Shown: piece after piece, positions 11,377-25,165 of the stretch
How the letters are laid out: every line of letters begins with the position of its first letter
How positions within the stretch are numbered: the first letter of the stretch is position 1
Assembly: GCF_009834535.1 (NCBI RefSeq)
Contig: NC_045696.1
Coordinates: 83,764,001-83,828,000, forward strand
Origin: Camelus ferus
Taxonomy: Eukaryota
DNA: 64,000 bases
Direction: 5' to 3'
Translations under genes and position numbers: made by a program
Notes under the pieces: model-generated
Database searches by the model: none
Seen by the model: the letters and a program-made list of their open reading frames with translations, nothing else
Told to the model about the DNA's origin: nothing

Positions 11377-11807
11377 TATGTTAGTTCCCTAGGGCTGCCA
11401 TAACAAATTAACACAAACTGGGTGGTTTGAAATGATAGAAATGTATTTTCTCATAGTTCTGGAGGCTAGAAGTTTGTAATCAAGGTCTGTGTACGTTGGT
11501 TCCTTCTGGAGGGTCTGTGGGAGAATTTGCTCCATCCCTCCCTCCTGGCTTCTAGCAATCCTGGGCATTTTTTGGCTTGTAGGTACATCAGTACAAAATC
11601 TACCCCTGTCTTTACATGGTGCTTTCCCTGTATTGTCTCTGTCTCCATGTAGGCACATCACCTTCTTATAAGAACAAATCTAATCTGGCATGACTTCATC
11701 TTAGTTAATTACATTTCCAAAGGACATTTCCAAATACGATCATATTCTGAGGGTCTGGGTAAACATGAATTTTAGGGGGATAGTCTTCAATTATTCAACC
11801 CAGTGCA
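11377..11807 (-). mobile_element. MaLR MLT1 (B/C-type) solo LTR
   Basis: 'tatgttagttccctagggctgccataacaaattaacacaaactgggtgg...ctcatagttctggaggctagaag' with near-TSD gtgtc/atgtc. Confidence 0.85.
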
Positions 11808-12328
11808 ATGTCTTATCCATTACAAAGAAAAAATCAACAGTTTAAAAAAGGGGCTTAGAATGTGTTTTTTGTTTGTTTGTTTTTTCAGAATGTATTTTTG
11901 ACACTCATGTGCTTGAGGTGGCAGTTAAACAATCTATTTGGGAAGTATGTTGTTTAGTTTTTATTGAATTTATTAGACTAAAGAATTAGGAAGTAACTTA
12001 ATAGTACTTATTCTCCTTAGGAAATGTTGGCATAATCTCCATACATTTTATGTAGGAAGAAGCAAGAAAGTTTATTGAACTTTTACTATTCTCATAGCAC
12101 ATTTCTGTGGAATATTGGCTTTCATTTATCTAAAATGTGATTACTATTGATGAAAATATTTGTCATATCTCTTCTTGATTGCTTGCAGTACATAAGGAAG
12201 AGCATGAAATATTGGGAAAAGGAAAATGAAAAAGATACAGTACTTTTCTTCAAAAGCTCTTAAATAAAGATATACTGTATTATAAAGAGAGAGGGGCAGT
12301 TTGGTGAGGGCATTACAGCCTGCTACTA

Positions 12329-12823
12329 TGCCGACTGAAATAAATGCACAGCCTAAAAGTTAAAAGAGTTATGTTTTATTTGGTGGGAGGACTTGAGCCA
12401 GGATGACAGCCTCTCAGATGGCTTTGAGGGACTGCTCCAAAGAGGTAGGGGAGGAGCTAGGACATACAGGAGCTTTACAACAAAGACCAGGTAGTTGGAA
12501 CAATAAAAGATTGCTTATTATCTAAGAAAAACAGGCATCTCAAGTTAAAGAATTTAGTGCTTTTCTATGTATGGGAGGAAGCAAACATTTGGGCTCACTG
12601 AATTCATTCCTCTGACAAGCACCTAGCTACCTAGGGCCAGTATCCTGTCCTTTCTTATTCTGAGTCCGCTCAGAGAGCACCATTGTGAGTGGCTGCAGAG
12701 GCCGGGCTGCAGGCCTGTCCTCACTGAGGGGTGGTGGCAGCTGCTGATGACTTGGTTTCAACATTCTTTGTTTACTGATATGGTTGCAGTATTTTCATTC
12801 ACATTGCAGTATTTTGGTTCACA
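12329..12823 (-). mobile_element. MER41-like ERV1 solo LTR (cetartiodactyl type), inserted in a MIR-like segment
   Basis: TG...CA ends, perfect 4-bp TSD ACTA (12325-12328 / 12824-12827), minus-strand AATAAA, and 'caagttaaagaatttagtgcttttctatgtatgggaggaagca' recalled as MER41-type. Confidence 0.8.
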
Positions 12824-13936
12824 ACTACTAGCCAGGTTGGTAAGCTTCTCTGCATCTCAGTTTCCTCATCTGTAAATGAAGGCAGTAGTATTTGTATCCA
12901 CCTCAGATCATTAGGAGGAAAACATACCAGACTACGGCAGCTGAATTACCCTGATTTTAATGTTTTCTTCCCCTAATCCAGTCAAGGCTAGTAGGGAAGC
13001 TGAAATGAAGGCTGGGTGACCACAATTTTATACGAGTGCAACTCCACCACTGGCTTTTGGACAGTGCTTTTTGTTTATTTCTTTGGCTTGACCAGCAATA
13101 TTTAAGGAAATAATAGGTGGTAAACAGTGGGAGGCAGTGAAATGAGGTGGTTAAGGCATGCAAAGCCTGCTGCTATAGCTGTAATCCTCTATGTATTTGT
13201 TACCGTGCAACTGAGTTGGAAACCCATGATAAATCTGTTTGTACCACTCACTGGAGGATGGTGGACCAGCTGTTCCACAGCTGCAAGTTAACAATGGCCT
13301 CAACCTGAAAAAGGTAGGCTTCACGCTGCATCCTTCTCCTGAATGCTTAACTGTACCCTCATATTCTTCTACCACACCTATTTCCTGTAAGTGTTTCTTA
13401 TAGTTGCTATGAAGGTAAGGACAGGACTAAATTGTTCCTTATTGTCCCCGGCAAACACGGATGTATGGTCACCCAGCTCATGTCATATTAGATCCTTTAG
13501 GGTGATAATAAATATTTACTTAGGAAGGAAATAGTATATAACATTTCCAAAAAAGTATGTTTAAAACATGAAGGGCTAGGTGGACCGTGTTTGTGAAATA
13601 TTTAAGAAACAAACCATATGTTTGTGTAATGGTTTTAAATGTGTACTTAGGAACAATGGATTCTGCATCCCCATCCTCATTCAAATTTAAAAAGAAACTA
13701 CATAAAAACCAAAGGAGGGAATGGTCGTTTCTATATAAATGCAAATACCTATGGATAATGTTCATTTCTTTAATGAGGACCAGAATTGTGTAATACATAT
13801 CCTTGGGATTAAAGATTTCTAATGACAATTGATATCCTATTAACTTTTTAATAATGTTATAATACCCCAGGAGGAAATCAAATCTGTCCCTAAAGATCAT
13901 TATGACAGTCTGCCTATTTTGCCTACATTTTTGTCA

Positions 13937-14401
13937 TGTTACGGAAACGACAGGCCAGTCAAGAAACAAGCACCACTCGGAGGGTTGGAGTACTCAGATG
14001 TATTACGCCGGCGGGCTTAGAGGGGCTTCTGCTCCGAAGCTCTGAGCACCTCCAAGACGTGCGCATGAGGTTTTATAGGGTAAAGTACAAGCTTGGGGTA
14101 TTCGGCCAATAGGCATGGAACAGCTTTAGCAGCATTATCATCACAGAAGTGGAGGTGGGGAGGCAGCAAACCAACATTCCAAAGCCAGATATGTATCTTT
14201 GAAAATCCAGCTGGCTAGTAAAGAAACATAAACAGCAAACCAACCCTAATTAACTTAGATTTACAAGTTAGTCCAGCAGAACTCAGATCAGTATTTCAAT
14301 ACTTAGACTTGTGAGTTATCTTGTTAGCCCAGCCCAGCCTCTCCTTCACATTCCTAGACCTGTGAGTTATCTTGTTAGACCAGCCCAGCTTTTCCTTCAC
14401 A
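13937..14401 (-). mobile_element. Relatively young lineage-specific ERV solo LTR
   Basis: TG...CA ends, near-TSD gtca/gtga, minus-strand TATA (cctataaaa, ~14071-14079), CCAAT near 14107, retained CpGs, and a 51-bp tandem duplication at the U3 end. Confidence 0.8.
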
Positions 14402-15159
14402 GTGACTTTTGATTCTAAGAGTCGTCTACCGTTGTTTCAGGAAAATGGTTTATTGTTAGTCCCATTCATTTATGGACATAAGATCATTTCAGTGCAGATT
14501 TCCCTGTTGCTGGAAGTATCCCTCTTATAATTTTAGCAAATGTTCCCAATTTTATAAAATAATAATGAGAATATAATGGCTCCCTTCACCCTTGAGGAAA
14601 AATGATTTCTAGCACATTAGCAATCTAAGTTGCTTTCTCTGGAAAGACGAAAACCAAAATTGACCCCATTCTCAAACTTTAATCCTCCGGTGGTTAATTG
14701 GATATTATTCTTAGCATGTTTCATTCTGTTTTCATGGGGCCCCAAATTCACTGAGTAAAAACTAACAAGGGGAAGGAAAGAGGAGAGAATCATTACGTAA
14801 AGCATGAAGAGAGTAGGATGCTGTAATAACAGGAAATTAACAGTCATCCAAACAATAGAATCCTATGAATAGACTTGTGCTGTTTGCTATCCCTAAAGTA
14901 CCAGCTTGAGCCAGGGCAGGCAAAGGAAGGTCATGAGGGTGGTGAGAGGCAAGAGGCTGGGAAAAGGTACAGGTTGCTGGAGAGAAAAAAAGTTACAGGG
15001 GGAGCTCAGCTGCCTTAGAGTAACAGGTGGGACGTTGTAGGCACCCAACAAACAGGACAGTATTCAGTGAGTATTTGTTGCATGAATGAATGGCTCACAG
15101 TAATCAGATCTTCCCTTAGTGTTTCACTAAGGCTAACACATTAAGAAATGCTGTTTGAA

Positions 15160-15265
15160 GAATATGAAAACAAATATATGTATATATATGTATGACTGAA
15201 ACAGTATGCTATACACCAGAAATTGACACTTTGTAAACTGACTATACTTCAATTTAAAAAAAAAA
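15160..15265 (+). mobile_element. Young, extremely 5'-truncated L1 3' end
   Basis: 'tgctatacaccagaaattgacac...gactatacttcaatt' plus A-tail, with a perfect 17-bp TSD aagaaatgctgtttgaa (15143-15159 / 15266-15282). Confidence 0.9.
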
Positions 15266-15659
15266 AAGAAATGCTGTTTGAATACAGAGAGACAAATGAT
15301 AATTGAGAGCAATGTTTCTGATTTTTTTGAGATCATAAAACAGAAAAGAAAAAAATGTGCACATCCTTCCTTTTCATTTGAATAAATCATTGAGATTCAG
15401 ATTCTTTCTAACTTTAGAAATGATAATATTTGTGCTCCCTTTCCCACCTGACTGCAGATCAAATGAGAGAGTTGATAGAATGTATTGGATTATTACTCTA
15501 AAGGAATATCTGTGATTTCCTTTAGAAGGCTTTTTTTTTTTTTTTTTTTTTTCATTCAGCAAGTGATCAGATCTCTACCTATGGAGATGAAGATGCTGTG
15601 TGGAGGTGCATGGCAGCTGCGTGTGTCCATGTTACTACTGGGGCAGCATGGATCATGCT

Positions 15660-15830
15660 GAGCGTCTCAGTGTGCATTAGATTCACCTGGACGACTTTTA
15701 CAACATGCTTGTGTCTGTATCTTGCTTCAGGACATTCTGATTTAATTAGTTCGGATAAGGCTCAGGCTTTTGTGTGTTTCTAAAGCTCCCTAGATGATTC
15801 TGTATGTAGGTAGAATTGAGAACTACTATT
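15660..15830. mobile_element. MER5-type MITE
   Basis: 'gtgcattagattcacctgg...attctgatttaatt...aaagctccctagatgattct...ttgagaactact'. Confidence 0.65.
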
Positions 15831-16044
15831 GTAGACCGCATCTGGGGGTGGGGAGTGATAGAAGAGGGAGGGATATAGTGTCTACAGTTTTTTTCCTGTA
15901 TTAATTCAGCAAATATTTATTGAATATCTCCTATGTGCCAAACACTGTTCTAGGTGCTTGGCACATACTGATCATTAACAAGGACAAAACTTCTGTTTTC
16001 CTCCTGAATCTATTCTAGGTGGGAAAGGCAGACAATAAATAAAT

Positions 16045-16229
16045 ACATATTTCATTGATTTTAAGGCATATGTATTTTCCGTAATTTAATATCTCTCAAA
16101 TCATTAAGCAGTTTACAGCATATGTGATTAGAAAGCATTGTAACATAGTTATTTTTCATTTTTTTCTTAATGGTAAATAGAATAATAATACATTTTATAA
16201 TCTTTGAGATCTTAAAGTCAATGGCATAT
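16045..16229. mobile_element. MER104-like TcMar MITE
   Basis: 'catatttcattgattttaagg...tttaatatctctcaaatc' with inverted end 'tcttaaagtcaatggcatat'. Confidence 0.5.
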
Positions 16230-16257
16230 ATTCATATAATATAATATAATATAATCC

Positions 16258-17420
16258 CTTGCCCAGCTTCCAGAAAAGAGCTAGTTTTCAAACTTAGAAA
16301 CCACTTAATGAAATAGAGGTTGAGTTCCTAGGAGAAAGATGCATGGTAATGTTCCCCAGTCCTTCCAGGAAGGGTCCTATAAAGTAGCAATTCCCCTGTT
16401 ATAGTGAGGGTGGGTGGAGTCAGATAATAAATGGAATCTTGGCCCAGGTCCTTCTCATAGTGGTCACAGAACCACCAATGGGCACTTCCCACTTTTTAAA
16501 TAAATAATTGTAATAGACATACTCAGGAGTTGGCAGATCCTCCATATTGATTCCTTGGTCTGTGGAATAATAGTTATTAAAAGGGAAAAGACCAAGTGGA
16601 AGCCTTTAAAACTGCTCCCCTATCCCCTACAAAAATAGGAAATCATAACAGTTTTAAGTCCCACAGGGAATGGTAGAGATTATCATTGCCTTTGCATTAA
16701 AGGACACAGAATTGGTGATCCCTACCATATTCTATTAAACCAGACAAATCCTGAAGGACGAGAGTAAACTGTGCCAGATGTCATATCCTGGCCAGAGCAG
16801 AATACCTGACCTAAGGTATATAGAACACAGCCATTGACCTGGTGAATTCATTCTTTTCCAGCTGTCAGGAAGAGAGTCAGAAATAGCTTTCCTTTTCTGT
16901 CATCATAAAGTCCAAAGGACCTGGACTATTGAAATGAAGTGCAGAGCGTCACTTTGGTCCATTCTACCAATGATATGTTAATTAGACCGATAAGCAAGAA
17001 TTGGCAAATAAATTAAAGGCCAGAAAGGGAGGAAATACCCCTCTGAAGGCTCAGGGTCTTGTCCTCATCAGTGTGGGTTATAAGACTCCTGTGGTCTGGG
17101 GCATGTTGGGATATCCTTTCAGAAAGAAGGAACAAATTGCTGTATGTCACACCTCCCACCCCTTAGGAGGGATCGTGATGCTTGGTGGCCACTGTAGCAT
17201 CTGGAGGCAGTATATTCCAGGGTTGGAAATTGATTCTGACTCATTTACCAAGTGACACAAAAGTCTGCGAGCGTGGAGTGAAATGTCATGTGGTAAAGCT
17301 GTCTGCAGCAGAGCCAGGCGGTGGTTTCAAAGGTCCGCTGCTAGAGCTGTGTGACCCAGGGCTGCTTCGATATTAGAGGGGTCGTCTGTGGGAAAAGACT
17401 ATAGGGTTTCTGGGAATCTT
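16258..17420 (+). mobile_element. Degraded ERVL internal (pro/pol, reverse transcriptase) fragment
   Basis: Collinear remnants of ERVL Pol motifs: KWKPLKL (~16594), AIDLVNSFFS (16830-16859), a degenerate YIDD region 'LVHSTNDML' (~16954) and WRQYIPGL (~17202); many stops and deletions. Confidence 0.8.
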
Positions 17421-20400
17421 CTCCAAGGAAACACTTCTTTAAAAAAAAAAGAATGAGTTGAAGGAGAAAGAAAGGGAGGAGGAAGAACAACAGGAGAAAG
17501 AAAAGAATCCTATACTTAGATGTTTCTCACTATATATATATATATATACATATATATTTTTTTTAATCTAAGTATGCAAGCATGTGACTCCTCCCCATGT
17601 CTTTGCCAAAGCTATCCTTTTACAAACTAAAATTTGCAGTATCAAATATGGACACATGACAACGCTGCCAGAGAGGTGAGCTGCTTGGCCCTCAGAGACA
17701 AATAGTGCATCAATTTAAATATAGGTGAGAGTAGGAAAGAAGAATTATAGTAGTTTTATTATGTAGCTTTTCATAGGCTACATCACAAAAGTCAGTTAAT
17801 CTATTGTGTTTCTCACAATACTATTTTCATTATAAAAAATTTAAAACAGCTTTATGCCAAGGATAGGAGAATAGTTAAGCAAATTGCTTTGCCTACAAAC
17901 TTTGGGATACTATGTAGTAATCAACAATAATGTTTAGAAAAAATGCTCATGCTATAAAAATATATATGTATCTTTACTATATATATATCTATATACATAT
18001 ATCACACTATATATACAGTAGGTATGTAATAAATTATCATTATCATCATCATCAACATGTTCATGATAGCAAAAAAAACCCCCAAATATCAACCGTTTAC
18101 CCATTCTACAAAAGTTTATTGAGAACACAGTGCCTAGGCACTCTTGTCAATATAATATCCAAGAGAGCAAAAATTTTTCTTCTTTATTTCCATATTCTCA
18201 AAACCTAGAATAGTGCCTGGCGCATTGTTAGGAGCTCAGTAAGTATTTGAATGACTTCATTCAATCTTTATGACAGTATATAAGAGTTTTTAATTGTCCA
18301 TAAATTTCTTTAAAGTACTTTATCCTAGATAGTAGGCTATAAATGTGTGTATGTTAGTTTTTATTTCTAATGTAAAGACATTTGGCCAACAATTCAATAT
18401 TCAGATCAGAAATATACATTCCATAGGTGATTGGTAATATTTGAAAGACTTTGATCAGGAATCTATACCCTAGGGGTATCTATACCATGTTTCAGATAAT
18501 CACTATGTGATTTTTTATTAGAGAGTTCATTAGTTAACATAAGGAATGTTAGTGGTTATTTCTCGTGGGTGAAATGAATGATGTTCTAACTATGTTGATC
18601 AGTTAGAAATACTTTATAGACACCTGTAAATTCGCCTAAATGGTGGATTAAATTTGGAAAGTCCAGCAGCCTAACATCTCTGGAGTAGCGTTTTAGATGT
18701 CATCATCTATTCCAACTAGATGGGTAGTTGATCCTTATCTTTAAATAGGGCTCACATGTTTGCCTTGGAGTGTAACTTCTAAGAAAACGACTGAAAGGTA
18801 ACCTAAAGACACAGAGAACTGGTGCTCCTGAGTGTCATGAAATGTCCCTATGTTTGAAAGAAATTAGTCTGAGCTTTGCTCTCATTGCTGCAGGTCCTCT
18901 GACAGCCAGGTAATTGCAGAGGAGTCCTGATTATGGCAGATCACCAGTAGTCACCAAAAAGAATGTAATAATTGTGAGGACATATATTCAGTTAGGTCAG
19001 ATCACAAAGACAAATGTCAGTATTACTCACATTTTATAGATGAGAACCTAAGGCTTTGAGAAATAAGTGATCTGTCAAGGTGACAAAAGTAAATCAGAGA
19101 CAGAACTGAGATGGGAGTTTGAATATCATTCTGATGTCCCTTTCCTTGCACTTCAGCTAGTGAAAAAAAGAGATACCAAATTGTATTATTCTAACCAGGG
19201 GAGAAAAATAACACCAAACTCAAAATTATGCATTAAAAACCCAAAAAGAATTAAACCAAAAATATTACTAATAGTAGTTCTATGGGCAATTATGTTTCTT
19301 TCTACTCTTCTGTATTATACAAAATTTCTGTGGCTAGAATTTTTACATTTATAAAGAGAAAAAAAACCCTAAACTTTATTTGATTAAAAAAAATTTCTGG
19401 CTGAAGCAAACTGTTCTATCAGTGTTCCTCAAGATAGAACATGTAGAGAGAAAAATAAATTCATAGGCCAAATAAAAGTCTTCATACGTCATTGTTCCAA
19501 AATATATTTATGCTGTTGACAGAATTTTTGAAACTCACACAGAATCCCAGCCAGTATATTATTTTTCTATTGTTAAAGTATGTTTAAATTTTCTAAAATT
19601 CATTTCTTAAAAACAGAATATTGGTTTTATTGACTAAAACATAATGGTACTCATTATTTCAAAGCCTCATCGGAAGACAGTGTTGAAAAGGAATACAAAT
19701 AAATCAAACCTCTGTGTTCTACTTTAAATTTTCTTTTGCATAGTTTATGTGACTATAATTATAAAACGCATTGCAAATTTTTCTAAGGACACCCTGGGTG
19801 AAAGAAGGAGTTATATTTATGTTTTCTGTCGTCATTAATAATACACAAGCTCTAGTACATTTCACTTAAATGCTGTTTGAATTTTTTAAGCTGATGAATT
19901 GGAACATTATAAATATGTCTGTGACTGATACTACAAATGAATAACACCAGTGTAGCGACAATCATTATCCAAAATTGTTTTCAGTAGAGCAGTTGTTCAC
20001 TGAGTTTTGTATTAAGTAACTTTGCAATGTACAAGATATTTCAAAATGTAGGCTTTTGGTTATGCTAAGGAAAAAAAGGTAAACCAACAAGATAGTAGGA
20101 TTTTGTTTGTAAAGTAAGGGGTGGGTTGAATGACAACCCCTCTTTTTTCTGATTCTTCTTTCTTTACATATACATATGTATAATTATTTCTGTTTACATA
20201 TGTGTGCTTGAGCCACAGTTTTGTATTGTTTTGATTTATTTCGCTAAGCATACTGTCTCATGTTTGAGACATGCTCTGATCTTGGTAACAAGAAACAACA
20301 AAAGTATTATAATACCAATTGCTAGAAATGTACTGTGTTACCTAGACAGTGTCATTTTGACTATTTGTATTTCTTCAAAACAAAAGTAGATCAATCCATT

Positions 20401-22516
20401 GATTATGTTATTAATTTAAAATGTCAACAGGTGGAGGAAGACCTATTTTTTTGTGTGCAATGGTGGTAGTTATAAAATATGGAAGACCTCATTTGAGACA
20501 GACAAACAAACGAATAAAATTGTTGTTAACATTGCCAGGGAAGGAACTATAGCCTCAGTGGGGGTTCAACTGATAGATGAGGAGCAGACGTCTGGCCAAG
20601 ATGGATCACTGAAGTCTGTACAAATGCTTAAATCCCAAAGCTGCCTGTTCTAGAATGTGAGAATATAAGCCAGGGGTAAAATAAGCCAGTCTAGGCCTGT
20701 TAGCGTGAAAAATGTCTCCTGAGATGCTAAATACCTTCTCACATTTCACTGTACTGCCCCACTTCGAAGCTCCTCCATATAAAGCAAACATTGTCTTATG
20801 ATTATTGTCACAGAGTACTTGGAGTCCATTAAAATGCTACTTAATACCTACTCAACCTAAAAAAATAAATGAAATAAATTTTATACCATAAATGCAAGTT
20901 ATACTAATTTTTTGCATAAATAGCTGTAGGATAAAGGCACTTTATCTTTTAGATATAAAGTTATCCGATTAGTTTTTGAACTAATAATGGCAATGGACTT
21001 GTTTTCTGTTTTCCTAAAGTTGGAAGAACTTTAAAATTGTAACTATTTTGTATCTTGGATTCTTTTTTAGTAGAACTAGTAACTAATTTTTAAATGTTTA
21101 TAAGTTTATTTAGCTTGATTTTAAGATAGCTTTTGTGTGTGTATTGCATTATTTGTTTTGAAAGAATTTATCTCCAGTGCCCAAACATGCCTTAGACTGT
21201 ATTGTGTCATAATTAGTTTTTGCATATTTCTTTCCCCATAGATTGTAAATTCCTTGAGGGGAGAGAGGGGGTTTCTGAGTTTTTAAATCTTTATAACACC
21301 AATAATAGAGTCCACTACCTAGCTGGACTTCAATAAATACTTGCTAAATTTAATTAAATGTGCTGATTTAAAAAGAAAGGAAGAAGGAGAGAGAGAGAAA
21401 AGGCAGGAGGGAGGAGGGACAGGAAGGAGGGAGACTGAGAAGGGGGTTGAGAGGGAGAGAGAAAAGTTGGAGAGAGGCAGAGAAAAGCAACCAAGATATT
21501 AATATGTGTAAAATACCCTTTTAGAAAAAGTCAGAGGAACTGGGATTCTTGTTAAAGAAATAACCTCCTTATAGATTTCACATGTAAAAAATTAAGATGG
21601 GTTTTCTAGGGTAGCAGGCAAAATTGACCTGAGATGATGATGAGTTTTTTGACTGGAAAAATTGTTAGAATGATAGCACAAAATAAATGAAATATCAGTG
21701 ATCTCTGTGCTTTTGACATCCATTTAGAGAAAAAAATGAAACTGGATGCAAGAAAGACTGCTTCTAATATGGGGAGAGAACAGAATGGGGAAGATTCACA
21801 GGAGGGAAGACAATTCAAATGGGACTTGAAGAATATTACAGATGTGGGCCCTCAAAGTAGAAAGGGAAGGACAAGGCAGTGAAGGCAGAAGGCTCAGCAA
21901 GAGCAGAGGCGCAGGACTGTGGTGGAGGTGGAGGTGGAGGTGGAGCGGTGTTGAGTAGGTACTGTGATACACCAGACAGCCTGGAGAACCAGGTCCCAGG
22001 GGTGATTCTCTTCTGTAACTTCGAATCTTGCTCTTAAATGCTCAGAATGTATTTTTCTGGAATCTTGTAGTGCCAGAATGTGAAGTTAATAGAGACTCGT
22101 TTGTGTAGAATTTCTAAACTGAGAGAAGGCATGAGTGGGAAGGCTGGGTGGCAGAACCTCCTGGGTTCTTTGTAGAGACCTTGTGGTCCTCCTTTCTCCT
22201 TTCAAAACCACACATGAAAGCTCAGAGAGGTTAGACAACTTGGACAAAACAGTGCCAGATCCCAGTGGTCTGCTGTGGGCTCCAGGCATCCTTCTTTAGG
22301 GAGGGCACAGTTGCGTCACGGGAAGAGCCCAGGTTGTAGAAGGCAGACAGGCTGGTTTCAAACTCTGTCTCCATTTCTCATTACACTGTGAACTAGGGAA
22401 TTTCACTGAAAGATGGGCATAAAATTATTGCCTCATGGTTTGGTTTGGTGATGAAACACTCTATTATAGTGGTTAAGAATGTGATCAAGATCTTTAACAT
22501 TCTGTGCCTTGATACC

Positions 22517-22748
22517 TGCTAGGGATTGAATTTGCTATAGACTGAATGTTTATGCCCCACCCCACCCACCATGTAAGGACACAATGAAAAGACCTTCGTC
22601 TGTGAACCAAGCAGCAGGCTCTCACTAGACACTGAATCTGCCTGAATCTTGCTCTCGGATTTCCCAGCCTCTAGAATGCTGAGAAATAACTGTCTGTTGT
22701 TTAAGCCACTCGGTCTATGGTATTGTTATAGCAGCCAGAACTAAGACA
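22517..22748 (+). mobile_element. Internally deleted MLT1A-type LTR inside a MIR-like segment
   Basis: 'tgctatagactgaatg...ctatggtattgttatagcagccagaactaagaca', with gatacc on both flanks (22511-22516 / 22749-22754). Confidence 0.8.
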
Positions 22749-23559
22749 GATACCCTCATGTCTAATAGAAGGATAACAATGCTTACTCATAGAATTGGTG
22801 TAAGGATTAAGTTGCCTAATGCCTCAAAAGTTCATTGATCCGTGGAAAAGTTTAGGACAGTGCCTGATGCATCGTTTACTGCTCAATAGATATTAGTATA
22901 ATCATCACCATCATTGGAGCAGGATCTAGGGATTAAATGGATTGAATCCTCCTTCCATCACTTCTTATCTGTGTGCTCTTGGTAAACATCTCTGTGCCTC
23001 AGTTTCTCGTCTGTAAAAAGATACTAAGAGTACCTACTTAATAGGGTTATAGTGATGGCTGAGCAAACAGATACAGCAAAGAGCCTAGAGCATGCGTGGT
23101 ATATGCTAGCTCTCTATAAAACTGCTGGCTGCTGTTGACTGAGAACCACCAATAGATTGCCTTGCAGGTGTCATTTTATATCTAGGTGATGTAATTTTAT
23201 GTAATCCACAAAAATGGCAGAATAAGAGGTTTAGAATGAGTTTTAATGAAAATATTGAGAGGAACTGAGAAGTACTTAACACACAAAAGTCTGAGTAAAG
23301 AATGGTGCAAATCCCAACTGTTGAGTGTACGTAGAGAGATGGCACTTTTTTAAAAAAACACTAACCTGGTACCAGTAAGTGATTATTCTGAGGAATTCAT
23401 AATCACTTCTCTTTGCCCTGAGGCTCTTCTTGCATTAAAACTGGAACAATTATAGCTTTAGGGCAAGGTAGATATTCTAAAATAATTGCTCATCTTGGGG
23501 CAGTCTTTTATATAATTACATAATTTTATGCACACTTTTTTAAGGAAAAAAGATACAAG

Positions 23560-24095
23560 TATATTTTTTAATTAAATATTTTTGAAGATAAAAATGTATT
23601 TATAGGTATTTATAGATTTTAAAGTCACATAATTCAAAATTCAAGAGATATAAAAAATATCTGGTGAATGTTTCCCCTCCTTCTGAATATTATTCCCCCC
23701 TTTTGTGTCTGCCTGGTCAATCAATATTATTGGTTTTGGTGTAACCCTCCAGATACAGCTCGGAGATTTCACAAATCAGCACATAAAAACCCACTTCATT
23801 ATTTTTCATGCCTTCATTATATTCCATTGCATAAATTTACCATAATTTTTATTTAACCAGTCATATTCATAGTTATTTACATTGTTTCTGATCTTTCACT
23901 ATTACAAACAATCTCATAATGAATAACTTCATGAAAAAGTCGTTTTATGAGAGCATGGTTTTATCTGGAGTGTTTTAATCTAAAGGCAGCATTGCTGTCC
24001 AAGGCCGTGTATATTAAACTTTGTTAAATGCCACCCAGTTATCCTCCATAGCGGCAGTACTGATTTACATGCCAACTGAAAATGTATGAGGATTC
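23560..24095 (-). mobile_element. Old L1M (L1ME-like) 3' fragment
   Basis: Antisense L1 3' text 'tatttacattgtttctgatctttcactattacaaacaat...aatgaataac'. Confidence 0.6.
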
Positions 24096-24705
24096 TTCAA
24101 GCTAGACTTCTGACAGTCTACATCAGACATCAGTTTTTGGCTTCCCCAACTTGATTTGAAATTCTAGAAAGGGAAGAGGAGGGGACAATGGAATCATCAT
24201 TCAAACAGAATGTCCAGGCTGGTGCTCACTTGCTCGGCCATTACCTGGGGATGTGACGAGCCTCCAGGGAGTTCCCAGTTCTCATGCTCAGGATTGCACA
24301 TGGCATGCTGGAGGTAGCTGAACAGAGGTTCCAGGGCTCTGGGTCTGAGAGCTGCTTTGAAGGGTCCCCTTCATACCTGTGAGGCATGAAAGAAGCCCCT
24401 GAGAGTTTCTGGGACCCACACAAGACTCAGAAATGCTGAGAGGGGCAGGGAAAGGAAAGAGGAGTGGATCTGGACCAGGTAGCTGTGGAGGGCAGAGCTC
24501 ATGCACTCAGTGACGGCCAGCTCTGCTGTTACCGGTCACCAGTCAGGAAGGGCACCTGACAGAGAGCCTTTTAGGAGGTCTTCTTCCGGGCTGAGCAAGG
24601 GCGTGGAGGGCAAAGAGGATGAGATAGCCAGAGAAGCACATAAATCTTTGCTGTTGGTTTTTACTTATGCATCAGACTTTAGATATAAACATATATACAC
24701 ATATC

Positions 24706-25165
24706 CAGGCCTACCTCTGAGATATTGCGGGCTCAGTTCCAGGCCACTGAAGTAAAGCCAATATCTTAATAAAGCAAGTCACATGAATATTTTGGTTTCC
24801 CAAATGCATATGAAAGTTACGTTTATACATACTGTACTCTATTAAGTGTGTAATAGCATTATGTCTAAAAAAACAATGTACATACCCTAATTAAAAATAC
24901 TTTATTGCTAAAAAATGCTAACCATTATCTGAGCCTTCAGCGAGCCTTAGTAGTAACATCAGTGATCACTGATCACCGTAAAAAATATGATAATAATGAA
25001 AAAGTTCAGAGTATTGCAAGAATTAGCAAAATATGACACAGACATTAAGTGGGCAAATGATGCTGGAGAAATGGTGCCAGTAGACTTGCTCAGTGTAAAG
25101 TTGCTACAACCTTCAATTTGTAAAAAACCCAGTAGAGTGAGGCATGGTAAGATGAGGTATTCCTG
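24706..25165 (-). mobile_element. Internally deleted Tigger1 derivative (TcMar-Tigger MITE)
   Basis: TIRs caggcctacctc ... gaggtattcctg; both Tigger1 ends are joined near 24945. Confidence 0.85.
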
